From assembly GCA_963722075.1 (NCBI GenBank), contig CAVRJM010000001.1, positions 1,056,001-1,120,000 on the forward strand: a stretch of 64,000 nt of DNA, given 5' to 3'. This DNA comes from Candidatus Babeliales bacterium (GTDB lineage Bacteria > Babelota > Babeliae > Babelales > JANWKD01). Below, one piece after another: positions 19,684 through 30,394 of the stretch. How positions within the stretch are numbered: the stretch's first letter is position 1; every line of letters begins with the position of its first letter. The notes beneath the pieces were generated by a model, which was given only the letters and a program-made list of their open reading frames with translations, was not told the origin of the DNA and ran no database searches. Both the position numbers and the translations under genes were made by a program.

Positions 19684-20631
19684 ATGAAAAAAATTATCGC
19701 TATTTTTATCTTATATCCCTTCATTATGCAAGCAAGCCTTGATACTGATTTAAATACTTTAAAAAATAAACTTACCCATTTACATAATTCTTTATTAGAA
19801 TTACCGGTTATTCAAGCGGCATCGCAAGTGCGAGCAATATATTCCCAACTTAATAAAACAATAACTGATGCACTTAAAGCATCACCGCCTCAGATTATAC
19901 CCTTCAATTATTTCACCAATGCATTAGATAAAGTTATTGAGATCACGCAACATCTAACGCCTGAGCAAAGAAAAGCGCTTATTAAGCAAATAGAACCCGA
20001 TGCTAAACGCTATGAATCATTATTTAATAAGGCAAAATCAAGAGGAATTATTAAAGAAAAATTGGAAAAAGAACTATTACCAACTAATGAGCAATTAAAA
20101 GAAATCCTTACAAATGACAATAACGATATACAAAGAACACAGTTAGAAATAACTGACTTTGAAAAAAAACTAAAACAATTTCTTAAATGGGCACTATGGT
20201 ATAGCAATAATCCCCAAGAAATCGCCTCAAAACAACCAAAAAAATTTAGACAATTGGCTGAATTAATCCCTACTATGGCAAGAATTCCTCAACAATTTAC
20301 ACAAATCATTAACGAACTTAATGATTTTAAAGATACCGCTGATCTACAAGATACCATCGCCATCCTTCATTTTTTAAATAAGATCAAAGCTACCGTAGAA
20401 CATCTTATGGATATAATTGATAATGGTTGGAAAAACTATCAGCCAATATTACAAAAACGCAATTGGGGTTATCTGCAAGAAGTTAAACGCGGGGATCAAC
20501 ATTATCAACTGCTTATAAGTTTAAAAAACACGCTTAATGATATTTTGTTTTCATCTAAGCCAGCAGCACCCTATGAAACAAATATACTCAATAAAGCCAT
20601 TCAGGAATGGACCCAAAAACTTGGTGATTAA
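19684..20631 (+). CDS. Secreted helical protein, paralogue of 22337-23677
   Basis: aaggag RBS; signal + LNTLKNKLTHLHNSL; C-terminal DFEKKL..F..WA, RIPQ, VEH...II...W, LNK....W domain. Confidence 0.75.
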   Translation: MKKIIAIFILYPFIMQASLDTDLNTLKNKLTHLHNSLLELPVIQAASQVRAIYSQLNKTITDALKASPPQIIPFNYFTNALDKVIEITQHLTPEQRKALIKQIEPDAKRYESLFNKAKSRGIIKEKLEKELLPTNEQLKEILTNDNNDIQRTQLEITDFEKKLKQFLKWALWYSNNPQEIASKQPKKFRQLAELIPTMARIPQQFTQIINELNDFKDTADLQDTIAILHFLNKIKATVEHLMDIIDNGWKNYQPILQKRNWGYLQEVKRGDQHYQLLISLKNTLNDILFSSKPAAPYETNILNKAIQEWTQKLGD

Positions 20632-22260
20632 ATGCTAAAAAAAATTAGTGTTCTGATTCTCATAACCATATTAGCAACAAGCCTTATAGCAACGCTTTAT
20701 TTCTATCGCTCATATATCGCAATTAACAAAAATTTAGAGCACATAATTCGAACTCAAGCAGTCACCAAAAATCCCGACATTGGCTATTCTTTTATTAGTA
20801 ACTATGAAGGGACGCTGCTTTGGCACCCTATTGTTGAATATGCCAACAAAAAAGTTACCATACTTTTTGCACAAGAGGAGGCCGATTTAATAAATGCTCT
20901 TTTAAACAATCTTAAAGAGAAAAAAGAGATTCTTATTAAAAAAATATATGATGACCATGGCCATTTAGTACAACTGTATTTAATTGAAGATAATAAGAAT
21001 GTGCATGGGCTAATTTTCTTTCCTGATGAATTACGCAAATATGGCACCGATGCCGAGCGTCATATTCTTATCATAATAAGTCTTTCTATTTTATTTGGTA
21101 TTTGTGCATTATTACTACTTTTTGGTATCTTTTTTATTACCAAACCGCGCACCTGGTGGTATATTGTTGCTGCTATTTCTATTGCTATGATTGCTCAAAT
21201 GAGCTATTTATGGTCACTGCGTGATTCAGTAGGATTCCAAGAAGAATTTGAAGCTTCACCACTTATTACTGAAAGCCAAAAGGATAATCAGGTACAAAAA
21301 ATTAACAGCCGTAGTGGCAAAACATATAAAGAAGTGCCTACCGGCATTTTTATTGATCAAGGGCAATTTGCTAATGGTAATAGTAGTATATATCCGGGTA
21401 TGCATCTTGGCGGTTATATTTGGCAGCAGTATGATTTGAAAGAACATGCTGATCTTGAGCGTGGCTTTATTATCCCGAATGCACATTCAATAACCATAAA
21501 AGAATTATACCGGCAAAAAACAGCTGATAAAGAAACTATTTGCTGGTCATTTTCTGCTAATTTATATCAAAAATTCAATCCACTTTTATATCCATTTGAT
21601 CGGCGTCATATTTTAATAAATCTATTGCATAAAAATTTTGAAAAAAATGTGTTATTAGTACCTGATTTTCCCTCATATCAATCATTAAATCCATTAATTC
21701 TGCCGGGCGTTTCATTAAAATCGATTATTTTATCTTATTGGAACATTACCAAAAGCTTTTTTAGTTTTAATAATTATTTATTTAAAACTAATTTAGGATC
21801 TCCAGATTTCTATTATGATCCGGTTCCCTACTTACAATTTTATATTACCGCTTACCGTAAATTAGGCGGCGACTTCATAATGTATTTTGTTTCATTAATT
21901 GTGGTGCTTATTATTCTCTTTATTCAATTATTAGCATTCTTAAAACAAGAATCTTTAATGGCTGTGGTGGGGTTTTCAACGTTTAGCGTACTGGGCGCCT
22001 GTAGCGGTCTTTTATTTGTTTTAATTACCAGTGAAATTTGCATGCGCCAAGCATTAATGGTAGAAGGGATTATTTATTTAGAATACCTCTATTTTGTTTC
22101 ATATGCTGCTATTATTATGGTAATTATTAATAGTATTTTATTTGCAGTAAAATCTGATTCACCTATCATCGCTTATGAAAACAATTTAATATTCAAACTC
22201 ATCTATTGGCCACTCACCTTACTAGCCGCTGTATTGGTAACGGCTTATATTCTTTATTAA
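20632..22260 (+). CDS. Cache-like domain + prokaryotic pentameric ligand-gated ion channel-like protein
   Basis: GYSFISNYEGTLLWHP (Cache-like); VPTGIFI, GYIWQQY, YPFDR (Pro-loop), four C-terminal TMs. Confidence 0.7.
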   Translation: MLKKISVLILITILATSLIATLYFYRSYIAINKNLEHIIRTQAVTKNPDIGYSFISNYEGTLLWHPIVEYANKKVTILFAQEEADLINALLNNLKEKKEILIKKIYDDHGHLVQLYLIEDNKNVHGLIFFPDELRKYGTDAERHILIIISLSILFGICALLLLFGIFFITKPRTWWYIVAAISIAMIAQMSYLWSLRDSVGFQEEFEASPLITESQKDNQVQKINSRSGKTYKEVPTGIFIDQGQFANGNSSIYPGMHLGGYIWQQYDLKEHADLERGFIIPNAHSITIKELYRQKTADKETICWSFSANLYQKFNPLLYPFDRRHILINLLHKNFEKNVLLVPDFPSYQSLNPLILPGVSLKSIILSYWNITKSFFSFNNYLFKTNLGSPDFYYDPVPYLQFYITAYRKLGGDFIMYFVSLIVVLIILFIQLLAFLKQESLMAVVGFSTFSVLGACSGLLFVLITSEICMRQALMVEGIIYLEYLYFVSYAAIIMVIINSILFAVKSDSPIIAYENNLIFKLIYWPLTLLAAVLVTAYILY

Positions 22261-22336
22261 TCTATTTAATTTTATTGATTATTTTTTTAAGAATATTTTA
22301 TAGTTAATTTATAAAATCATTTAAAAAGGAACATTT

Positions 22337-23677
22337 ATGAATAGAAGCATTATTTTTTTACTTGCAATGGTATATTGCACTGCGCTCAAAGCAGATTTGC
22401 AGGGTGAATTAACAACCTTAAAGAAAAAACTTACAGTTTTACATAATGCATTGCCAGTGAAATTGAGTATTGATGAAGTGGTTGAACAAGCAAAACCAAT
22501 TTTTAAACAAATTAAAAAAACTCTTACCAATGCGCTCAAATCTAAAAAACCCATTTCTAGCAAACAATATGAAACATTAGGAGAATCAATGGGAAATAAA
22601 CTAAGAGAATTAGCTAAAGATTTAAATCCTGAAGAGCTAAGAGATATTGGGATCGAATTAGAACCACTTACTGATGAATTAGCAGATTTAGAAACACAAC
22701 TTCAATTCGAAAGATTGCTTCCTATAACATTTGAGGAGGGACAAAATAATCTATATAGAAAACTTGATAATCTTCGCCAATTATTAGTATCAAAATATGA
22801 TACAAAACAATTTGTTAAAAAAGCAGAAATAGAACCTTTTTACCAATTTTACCATAAACTGATGAATTTATTTAATGAGGAACAGAAAGAAATCATCCTT
22901 AAGGACCGCAATATTAAAATTGTGATTCAAATTATAAATAACCTCGGAGAACATCTAGACAACATGCATAAATGGGATCACATGATCGACCCCGCACCAT
23001 GGTGGGAAGATATTGAGAAATTTGAAGTAGAGCCTGAAGTAGAATTTCCAAGCTCAGAAGAAGAAGAAGAAATAAGCGAGGGTGAAGAAGAAGAAAAACC
23101 CGGTGTAATTCGTCAACATACTTTTGCACAAACTCCAGCGATACAAGAAGAGTTAAGTAACGATTATAAAGTATTAGCCCAGTTAGAAAATGACGTTAAT
23201 GATTTTGAACAAAAACTCAATGCATTTATTAATTGGGCAAAAAAAATACATGCCAAAAAGCAGGATACGAGCAGCGAAGAATCTAAAGCGTACGATGAAT
23301 TAATAAATTCCTGGGGTCATTTACCACGGATCCCACAAATATTACAGTGGATTACCTCATATGATAAATTTGAACGCACTGCCACACGCCAAGATGCCCA
23401 AGCAACGATTGAATATTTAGACAATTTGAAAAAGTTATTAGAGCATGTAGCTAACATTATTGGGAGAGCATGGCGCGATAATCATAATATATTAAATAAT
23501 ATTTCCTTTACATTTGAGGGTACGTCTAAATCAGGTGTTGGTCATTTTAATCCCTTAATCATCTATAAAAATAATCTTGAAAAAATTATATTAGGAAAAG
23601 GAAAAGGGATGATCTCCGGCCATTTTGATGAACTTAATAAGAGCCTTCATAAATGGCATAGAGCCCTTTCTTTTTAA
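22337..23677 (+). CDS. Secreted helical effector-like protein A (N-module A + Glu linker + C-module X)
   Basis: Signal + ADLQGELTTLKKKLTVLHNAL; acidic linker. Confidence 0.8.
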   Translation: MNRSIIFLLAMVYCTALKADLQGELTTLKKKLTVLHNALPVKLSIDEVVEQAKPIFKQIKKTLTNALKSKKPISSKQYETLGESMGNKLRELAKDLNPEELRDIGIELEPLTDELADLETQLQFERLLPITFEEGQNNLYRKLDNLRQLLVSKYDTKQFVKKAEIEPFYQFYHKLMNLFNEEQKEIILKDRNIKIVIQIINNLGEHLDNMHKWDHMIDPAPWWEDIEKFEVEPEVEFPSSEEEEEISEGEEEEKPGVIRQHTFAQTPAIQEELSNDYKVLAQLENDVNDFEQKLNAFINWAKKIHAKKQDTSSEESKAYDELINSWGHLPRIPQILQWITSYDKFERTATRQDAQATIEYLDNLKKLLEHVANIIGRAWRDNHNILNNISFTFEGTSKSGVGHFNPLIIYKNNLEKIILGKGKGMISGHFDELNKSLHKWHRALSF

Positions 23678-23700
23678 AACTGTATAAACTAGAGCATTAA

Positions 23701-23732
23701 GCCGGTGGAAAAAACTTTCACCGGCTTTTTTT
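23701..23732 (+). terminator. Rho-independent terminator (copies at 25263 and 26852)
   Basis: gccggtggaaaaaactttcaccggc + T7. Confidence 0.85.
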
Positions 23733-23899
23733 ATACCACTCAACGGTCTTTATAATTACATCAAAGCGACGTACTACTACGCCAGCCTAGCTGGTCTGTT
23801 ATTGTAGTAATAACAGCATATATTCTTTATTGAGATTAACTGTTGACTGCATTTCCGGTACTACTTTATAGTTGATTTATAGGATCACTTTAAAAAGGA

Positions 23900-25239
23900 A
23901 TGTTTATGAAAAGAAGCATCATTTTCTTAATCGCAATAGTATATTGCAATGTTCTCAAAGCAGATTTGCAAGGTGAATTAATTACCTTAAAGAAAAAACT
24001 TACTGTTTTACATGCTGCATTGCCAAAAGGGCCGGGCGGCTTGCCACCATTACCAGCAGGGAAAAAGGGTGAACTAGAAAATGTTAAGCAACAACTGCGA
24101 GCGCTTTTTGACCAAATGCTTAAATTTGTACAAGATGACCCTTCAATAACAAAAGAATCGCAGCTTAAATTCTATTTTGATCAAATACCAGATATAGTTA
24201 AAAACTTATCTAGGGAACAAGAGAAAGAAGTTAGAGATGCAATGTTACCATCAGTAAAAAAAATTGGAGAAATAATAGAAGCTCGAATAGAAAATGAAAT
24301 AAAAGATACTGTAGCATATTTATCACAAAAATTACGTGAATTTTCTGATCTTTTAAAATGGCACATTGATAATAACCAACTGATACCAAAGCAGAAGAGG
24401 CTCAAAATATCTACCAAATATATCAAAAAGTTATGGATAAATATAATACAGAACAAAGAGCCGATATTTTGCTACAAATTCGTCCATTATTAGAACATAT
24501 TGATGAACAAATTGCAACGGCATTCCGAGCATTTTTATGGTTCATTGATTATGGTACAAAACCATGGAGGAAAGATATTGAGAAATTAGAATTAGAGCCT
24601 GAAGTAGAATTTCCAAGCGAAGAAGAAGAAGAAGTAAGCGAGGGTGAAGAAGAAGAAAAACCCGGTGTAATTCGTCAACATACTTTTGCACAAACTCCAG
24701 CGATACAAGAAGAGTTAAGTAACGATTATAAAGTATTAGCCCAGTTAGAAAATGACGTTAATGATTTTGAACAAAAACTCAATGCATTTATTAATTGGGC
24801 AAAAAAAATACATGCCAAAAAGCAGGATACGAGCAGCGAAGAATCTAAAGCGTACGATGAATTAATAAATTCCTGGGGTCATTTACCACGGATCCCACAA
24901 ATATTACAGTGGATTACCTCATATGATAAATTTGAACGCACTGCCACACGCCAAGATGCCCAAGCAACGATTGAATATTTAGACAATTTGAAAAAGTTAT
25001 TAGAGCATGTAGCTAACATTATTGGGAGAGCATGGCGCGATAATCATAATATATTAAATAATATTTCCTTTACATTTGAGGGTACGTCTAAATCAGGTGT
25101 TGGTCATTTTAATCCCTTAATCATCTATAAAAATAATCTTGAAAAAATTATATTAGGAAAAGGAAAAGGGATGATCTCCGGCCATTTTGATGAACTTAAT
25201 AAGAGCCTTCATAAATGGCATAGAGCCCTTTCTTTTTAA
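23900..25239 (+). pseudogene. Chimeric gene B (N-module of gene C + C-module of gene A), frameshifted by a 2-bp insertion at ~24394
   Basis: ccaaagcagaagagg versus ccaaagcaagagg in gene C. Confidence 0.85.
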
Positions 25240-25461
25240 AACTGTATAAACTAGAGCATTAAGCCGGTGGAAAAAACTTTCACCGGCTTTTTTTATACCA
25301 CTCAACGGTCTTTATAATTACATCAAAGCGACGTACTACTACGCCAGCCTAGCTGGTCTGTTATTGTAGTAATAACAGCATATATTCTTTATTGAGATTA
25401 ACTGTTGACTGCATTTCCGGTACTACTTTATAGTTGATTTATAGGATCACTTTAAAAAGGA

Positions 25462-26832
25462 ATGTTTATGAAAAGAAGCATCATTTTCTTAATCGCAATA
25501 GTATATTGCAATGTTCTCAAAGCAGATTTGCAAGGTGAATTAATTACCTTAAAGAAAAAACTTACTGTTTTACATGCTGCATTGCCAAAAGGGCCGGGCG
25601 GCTTGCCACCATTACCAGCAGGGAAAAAGGGTGAACTAGAAAATGTTAAGCAACAACTGCGAGCGCTTTTTGACCAAATGCTTAAATTTGTACAAGATGA
25701 CCCTTCAATAACAAAAGAATCGCAGCTTAAATTCTATTTTGATCAAATACCAGATATAGTTAAAAACTTATCTAGGGAACAAGAGAAAGAAGTTAGAGAT
25801 GCAATGTTACCATCAGTAAAAAAAATTGGAGAAATAATAGAAGCTCGAATAGAAAATGAAATAAAAGATACTGTAGCATATTTATCACAAAAATTACGTG
25901 AATTTTCTGATCTTTTAAAATGGCACATTGATAATAACCAACTGATACCAAAGCAAGAGGCTCAAAATATCTACCAAATATATCAAAAAGTTATGGATAA
26001 ATATAATACAGAACAAAGAGCCGATATTTTGCTACAAATTCGTCCATTATTAGAACATATTGATGAACAAATTGCAACGGCATTCCGAGCATTTTTATGG
26101 TTCATTGATTATGGTACAAAACCATGGAGTAAAGATCTTTATCCAGAATTTGAGATAGAAAGCGAAGAAGAAGAAGAAGAAGAAAGTGAAGAAGAAGCGG
26201 CAGAAAAACTAGCAAATGCCCGAAGAAAAGAACTTTGGGAAACATTTCGTGACCTTGAAAAGCTTTTAAGTCAACAACCATTTGATAAAGTTAAAACAAC
26301 TATTCTACTCAATTTACTTAAACTAATGTATGCGGTGCGAAAAAACCTAATTACTCAACTTGACCAGAAAGATATGGAGAATTTGATTACACAAGCAGAA
26401 GAAATGTTAGCACAGCAACCGCGACCAACCTTCGAGCGAGCAAGTCAACCACGACCTCAAGTTCCTGCTACGCGCGCGGGTAGTCAACTTCCACCACAAA
26501 CACCCGCTCCCCGTGAACGCGCGGGCGGTCCAAGAGAAAGAAGAGGATTCATAACTCATGCTGCCCCAGAATTATTATATGGAGAGGAACAACCAACTCA
26601 AACTGAAATTCAACAATTTAGTGAAGCACTTGCAGAGCTCGAAGAATTGATGCAAGAACCCCAACCACAAATAACTAAATTAGATGAAGCATTGAAAACG
26701 GTAAAAAAGCTTGCATCAAAAGTAAAAAATAGTTATAGCGCTACATCTTGGGTTAAAATAGAATACATAATAGAACAAGCAGAAGCTAAATTAGAATCGC
26801 GCAAGCATATATTAGAATTATTACATACATAA
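25462..26832 (+). CDS. Secreted helical effector-like protein C (N-module B + Glu linker + Pro/Arg-rich C-module Y)
   Basis: Signal + ADLQGELITLKKKLTVLHAAL. Confidence 0.8.
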   Translation: MFMKRSIIFLIAIVYCNVLKADLQGELITLKKKLTVLHAALPKGPGGLPPLPAGKKGELENVKQQLRALFDQMLKFVQDDPSITKESQLKFYFDQIPDIVKNLSREQEKEVRDAMLPSVKKIGEIIEARIENEIKDTVAYLSQKLREFSDLLKWHIDNNQLIPKQEAQNIYQIYQKVMDKYNTEQRADILLQIRPLLEHIDEQIATAFRAFLWFIDYGTKPWSKDLYPEFEIESEEEEEEESEEEAAEKLANARRKELWETFRDLEKLLSQQPFDKVKTTILLNLLKLMYAVRKNLITQLDQKDMENLITQAEEMLAQQPRPTFERASQPRPQVPATRAGSQLPPQTPAPRERAGGPRERRGFITHAAPELLYGEEQPTQTEIQQFSEALAELEELMQEPQPQITKLDEALKTVKKLASKVKNSYSATSWVKIEYIIEQAEAKLESRKHILELLHT

Positions 26833-26868
26833 GCGCAAATAAGATTTCACAGCCGGTGGAAAAAACTT

Positions 26869-27798
26869 TCACCGGCTTTTTTTATACCACTCAATTGTTT
26901 TCACAATACCATCATAGAGAGAAATATTGCTACGCCACCCCAACTTATTAATTTTTTCTACATTTAATAATTTACGCGGCGTACCATCAGGCTTAGTGGC
27001 ATCAAAAATAATGTCGCCTTTATAACCAACAATTTCTTTAATAAGGAGCGCAAGCTCCTTAATAGAAATATCTTCACCAGTACCAATATTGATCGGTAGT
27101 GATTCACTGTAATGCTCCATTAAAAATAATAATGCTTGCGCTAAATCATCAACATATAAAAATTCACGCCGCGGGTGCCCGCTTCCCCAGAGCATTACCA
27201 TTTGAGCACCTTCTTGTGAAGCTCTACTCATTTTTGCAATAAGGGCTGGCAATACATGCGATGTTTCATAATCAAAATTATCATAAGGACCATATAAATT
27301 AGTGGGCATACAAGAAATAAAATTGGTACCATATTGATAATTGTATGAACGGCATAATTCAATCCCGGCAATTTTTGCTATGGCATATGCTTTATTAGTC
27401 GGTTCTAGCGAACCGGTTAACAAATAGTTTTCACTAATGGGCTGCGCGCATTCGCGTGGATAAATGCATGAAGAACCTAGAAATAGCAGTTTTTTTACAC
27501 TGCACCTTATATGCAGCGTGAATAACGTTAGCTTCAATCATAAGATTATCGTAAATAAATGATGCAGGAAAATCATTATTGGCCTTAATGCCACCAACTT
27601 TAGCTGCTGCTAAAAAAACATATTCGGGCTGTTCATGCTCAAAAAAATGATACGTTGCCTGCTGATCACGCAAATCAAGTTGCTGCATGGTGCGCATAAT
27701 AATTTTTGTAAAACCGTTTGCTGCTGTAATAACCGCACTATCGCTGAACCTACTAATCCTTCATGACCCGCAACATATATTTTTGCATCTTTATTCAT
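26869..27798 (-). pseudogene. fcl: GDP-L-fucose synthase with two frameshifts (~27718 and ~27506); may be assembly errors
   Basis: [53 protein letters not shown] spread across three frames. Confidence 0.88.
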
Positions 27799-28913
27799 AG
27801 TGATTCCACGGCATTATATATTTTTTTTATATCAATAAACGGCGATTCAAAGGTGCGGTGTGCCGTACCGTTTAATTGCTGTTGTAAAATGTTATGATCA
27901 TATTCAACCATTTTTTTAACCAAGGTACCAAAATCGATAGTTGGCCGCCACCCCAGCATTAAGCGCGCTTTAGTAGCATCACCCAGAAGATGCTCTACTT
28001 CGGTAGGGCGAAAATAACAAGGATCAATGCGAATAATTATTTTTTGAGTAGTGCTATCAATGCCATATTCTTCAACGCCCGTTCCTTGCCACCGTATAGT
28101 AACGCCGCTACAAAAAAAGGCACGTTCAACAAATTCGCGCACCGAATGTGCTTGACCTGTAGCAATAACAAAATCTTCTGCTTTCTCTTGTTGCAACATC
28201 AACCACATGGCATAAACGTAATCAGGAGCGTACCCCCAATCGCGGCGGGCATCTAAATTTCCCAGATATAATACCTCTTGTAATCCTGCTTTAATACGAG
28301 CAACGGCACGGGTAATTTTACGCGTTACAAAGGTTTCGCCACGCAGCGGTGATTCATGATTAAATAAAATACCATTACAAGCAAACATCCCATACGCTTC
28401 TCGATAATTGACGGTAATCCAATAGGCATATAATTTTGCCACTGCATAAGGCGAACGGGGCGCAAAAGGTGTTAATTCATGTTGCGGTGGCTGCGCGCTG
28501 CCATATAATTCACTCGTGGATGCTTGGTAGAATTTTGTTTTATTTGTTAGCCCCAGCAAACGTATCGCCTCTAAAATACGAAGCGTACCCAGCGCATCAG
28601 TATTGGCCGTATATTCTGGCGTTTCAAAAGAAACACGCACATGGCTTTGCGCTGCAAGATTATAAATCTCATCAGGCTGCACTTCTTGAATAATACGAAT
28701 TAAATTGGTGCTGTCGGTTACATCACCGTAATGTAATATAAAATTGCGGGTATCATAATCATGCAGATCTTGGTAAATATGATCAATGCGTGCGGTATTA
28801 AATGATGATGTGCGTCGTTTGATGCCGTGTACTTGATATCCCTTATTAAGCAATAGCTCTGCTAAATAAGCGCCATCTTGCCCTGTTATGCCAGTAATTA
28901 ATGCTTTTTTCAT
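27795..28913 (-). CDS. gmd: GDP-mannose 4,6-dehydratase
   Basis: [46 protein letters not shown]. Confidence 0.97.
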   Translation of the reverse strand: MKKALITGITGQDGAYLAELLLNKGYQVHGIKRRTSSFNTARIDHIYQDLHDYDTRNFILHYGDVTDSTNLIRIIQEVQPDEIYNLAAQSHVRVSFETPEYTANTDALGTLRILEAIRLLGLTNKTKFYQASTSELYGSAQPPQHELTPFAPRSPYAVAKLYAYWITVNYREAYGMFACNGILFNHESPLRGETFVTRKITRAVARIKAGLQEVLYLGNLDARRDWGYAPDYVYAMWLMLQQEKAEDFVIATGQAHSVREFVERAFFCSGVTIRWQGTGVEEYGIDSTTQKIIIRIDPCYFRPTEVEHLLGDATKARLMLGWRPTIDFGTLVKKMVEYDHNILQQQLNGTAHRTFESPFIDIKKIYNAVESL

Positions 28914-28935
28914 TACAAACCTTTTAAGTCTCCTT

Positions 28936-29068
28936 GTCATCCCGAGCTTTCCGTCGGCGCCACAGGCTATGCCGGACAAGGCGTGGGGACCGCGTCCGCC
29001 GTAGCTTGTAGCGAAGGCTGGATCCAGGCAAAATTTTATCTGGATTGCTTCGACAAGCTCGCAACGAC
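28936..29068. repeat. Type-A element with nested type-B palindromes
   Basis: gtcatcccgag...gtccgccgtagcttgtagcgaaggctggatcca...tggattgcttcgacaagctcgcaacgac. Confidence 0.8.
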
Positions 29069-29263
29069 ATCATTTCAATGCATATGCTTTTATCTTTGAG
29101 TAAAAAAATTTATAATATTTTTAAAAACTCAACAGGATCATCCTAATACAGGTTACATAATTGAGCAAAAATTATTATGTGCATTGCTAACAAAGCATTT
29201 GTAAAATACGACAATATCAATATATTAATAGCTGATTATTTTTTATTTCCTGTAAGAAGTAGT

Positions 29264-29731
29264 ATGAAACAAATAGTTTTTTTTGCATTAATTGCTACAG
29301 CTTTAATTTCAAGCAATAATGCAATGGAAGGAAATGAAACAACACCATTGATTAAAGCAAAATCAGGTGATAATTCCTCTTGGCACTTTCTTAGGCTACA
29401 ATATAACCCACAATATGCATTAATTCATTATATAAAAGCAGGTAGCTTACCAGAAGTAAAGAAAGTAGTCATTGATAAAGGTGCTAATGTAAATAAAGAT
29501 TATGTTGAGGATTCTATCTGGACACCCCTTTTATATGCAGCAGATAATGGAAATATGGAAATTGCAAAATTTTTAATTGAAAAAGGTGCTAATCCTAAAA
29601 CGCACTTAATATATTCTAAGTATCCCGGAAGTGGTTATTCTTGCCCTGTAGATAAATCAGCAAGTGAGTTAGCGTGCGAGGCAGGAAATCAAGAGCTTGC
29701 AGCATATCTCCGTGAACAGGAAAATAAGTAA
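29264..29731 (+). CDS. Secreted ankyrin-repeat protein
   Basis: Signal ...NAMEG; WTPLLYAADNGNMEIAKFLIEKGANP. Confidence 0.85.
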   Translation: MKQIVFFALIATALISSNNAMEGNETTPLIKAKSGDNSSWHFLRLQYNPQYALIHYIKAGSLPEVKKVVIDKGANVNKDYVEDSIWTPLLYAADNGNMEIAKFLIEKGANPKTHLIYSKYPGSGYSCPVDKSASELACEAGNQELAAYLREQENK

Positions 29732-29852
29732 AAAAATTCACTTCAAATCAATACCGTTGCCGATCCTCAGCCGCACATATTACTCGTTAGTTTATTGTTT
29801 TTTATGGTATTTCTTTTACACTGATTCCTAAATTATATTCATAAGGAACAAC

Positions 29853-30308
29853 ATGAAAAAATGTATGATATTTATTTTAAGCTCACAGCTGGCTGTAGGT
29901 GTAAATTATGCTATGCAAGAATCAGTCTCTGCGCAAATGCCTGCTAAGCACTCCGCTAATAAACCATTTAATAAAAAAAAACAAAAAGCTTTATTTGATG
30001 CCATCAATCTTGGCCGCACTCAACAGGCAAAAGAATTATTAGCCGATCCGAAAATAAACATTAATCAATTTCCCAAAAATAATATTTGGACTCCCATACT
30101 CATTGCAGCACATCAAGGAAATACAGAAATTGTAAAAATACTCGTTGAACAGGGCGCAAATTTACGCGTAAGATTAAAATATGAACAACATCCTGGAAGT
30201 GGTTATTCTTGCCAGATAGATCGATCGCCCAGCGAATGTGCACTAGCAAATGGTCATCATGAACTTGCCCACTATTTAGAAGAAAAAGAACAGCTCAGTA
30301 AAGAATAA
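29853..30308 (+). CDS. Secreted ankyrin-repeat protein (paralogue of the previous gene)
   Basis: WTPILIAAHQGNTEIVKILVEQGAN; shared PGSGYSC. Confidence 0.85.
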   Translation: MKKCMIFILSSQLAVGVNYAMQESVSAQMPAKHSANKPFNKKKQKALFDAINLGRTQQAKELLADPKININQFPKNNIWTPILIAAHQGNTEIVKILVEQGANLRVRLKYEQHPGSGYSCQIDRSPSECALANGHHELAHYLEEKEQLSKE

Positions 30309-30394
30309 GAAAAATAGTTTATTCTTGAAGATCTATATCATTTTTGTATAGCGTATTATTTATATAATAATTAATTTTTTTAAAGGAATTGTTA

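Larger units (their letters stand above)
23073..26129 (+). repeat. Near-perfect tandem duplication: ~23073-24569 repeated at ~24635-26129 (offset 1562, then 1560 after a 2-bp indel)
   Basis: Direct sequence comparison; the only difference I found inside the copies is an extra GA at ~24394. Confidence 0.92.

Noticed and set aside
28914..28979. N-terminal extension of gmd in the ORF track
   Set aside because: Derives from the palindromic repeat; the canonical MKKALITG start is at 28913.
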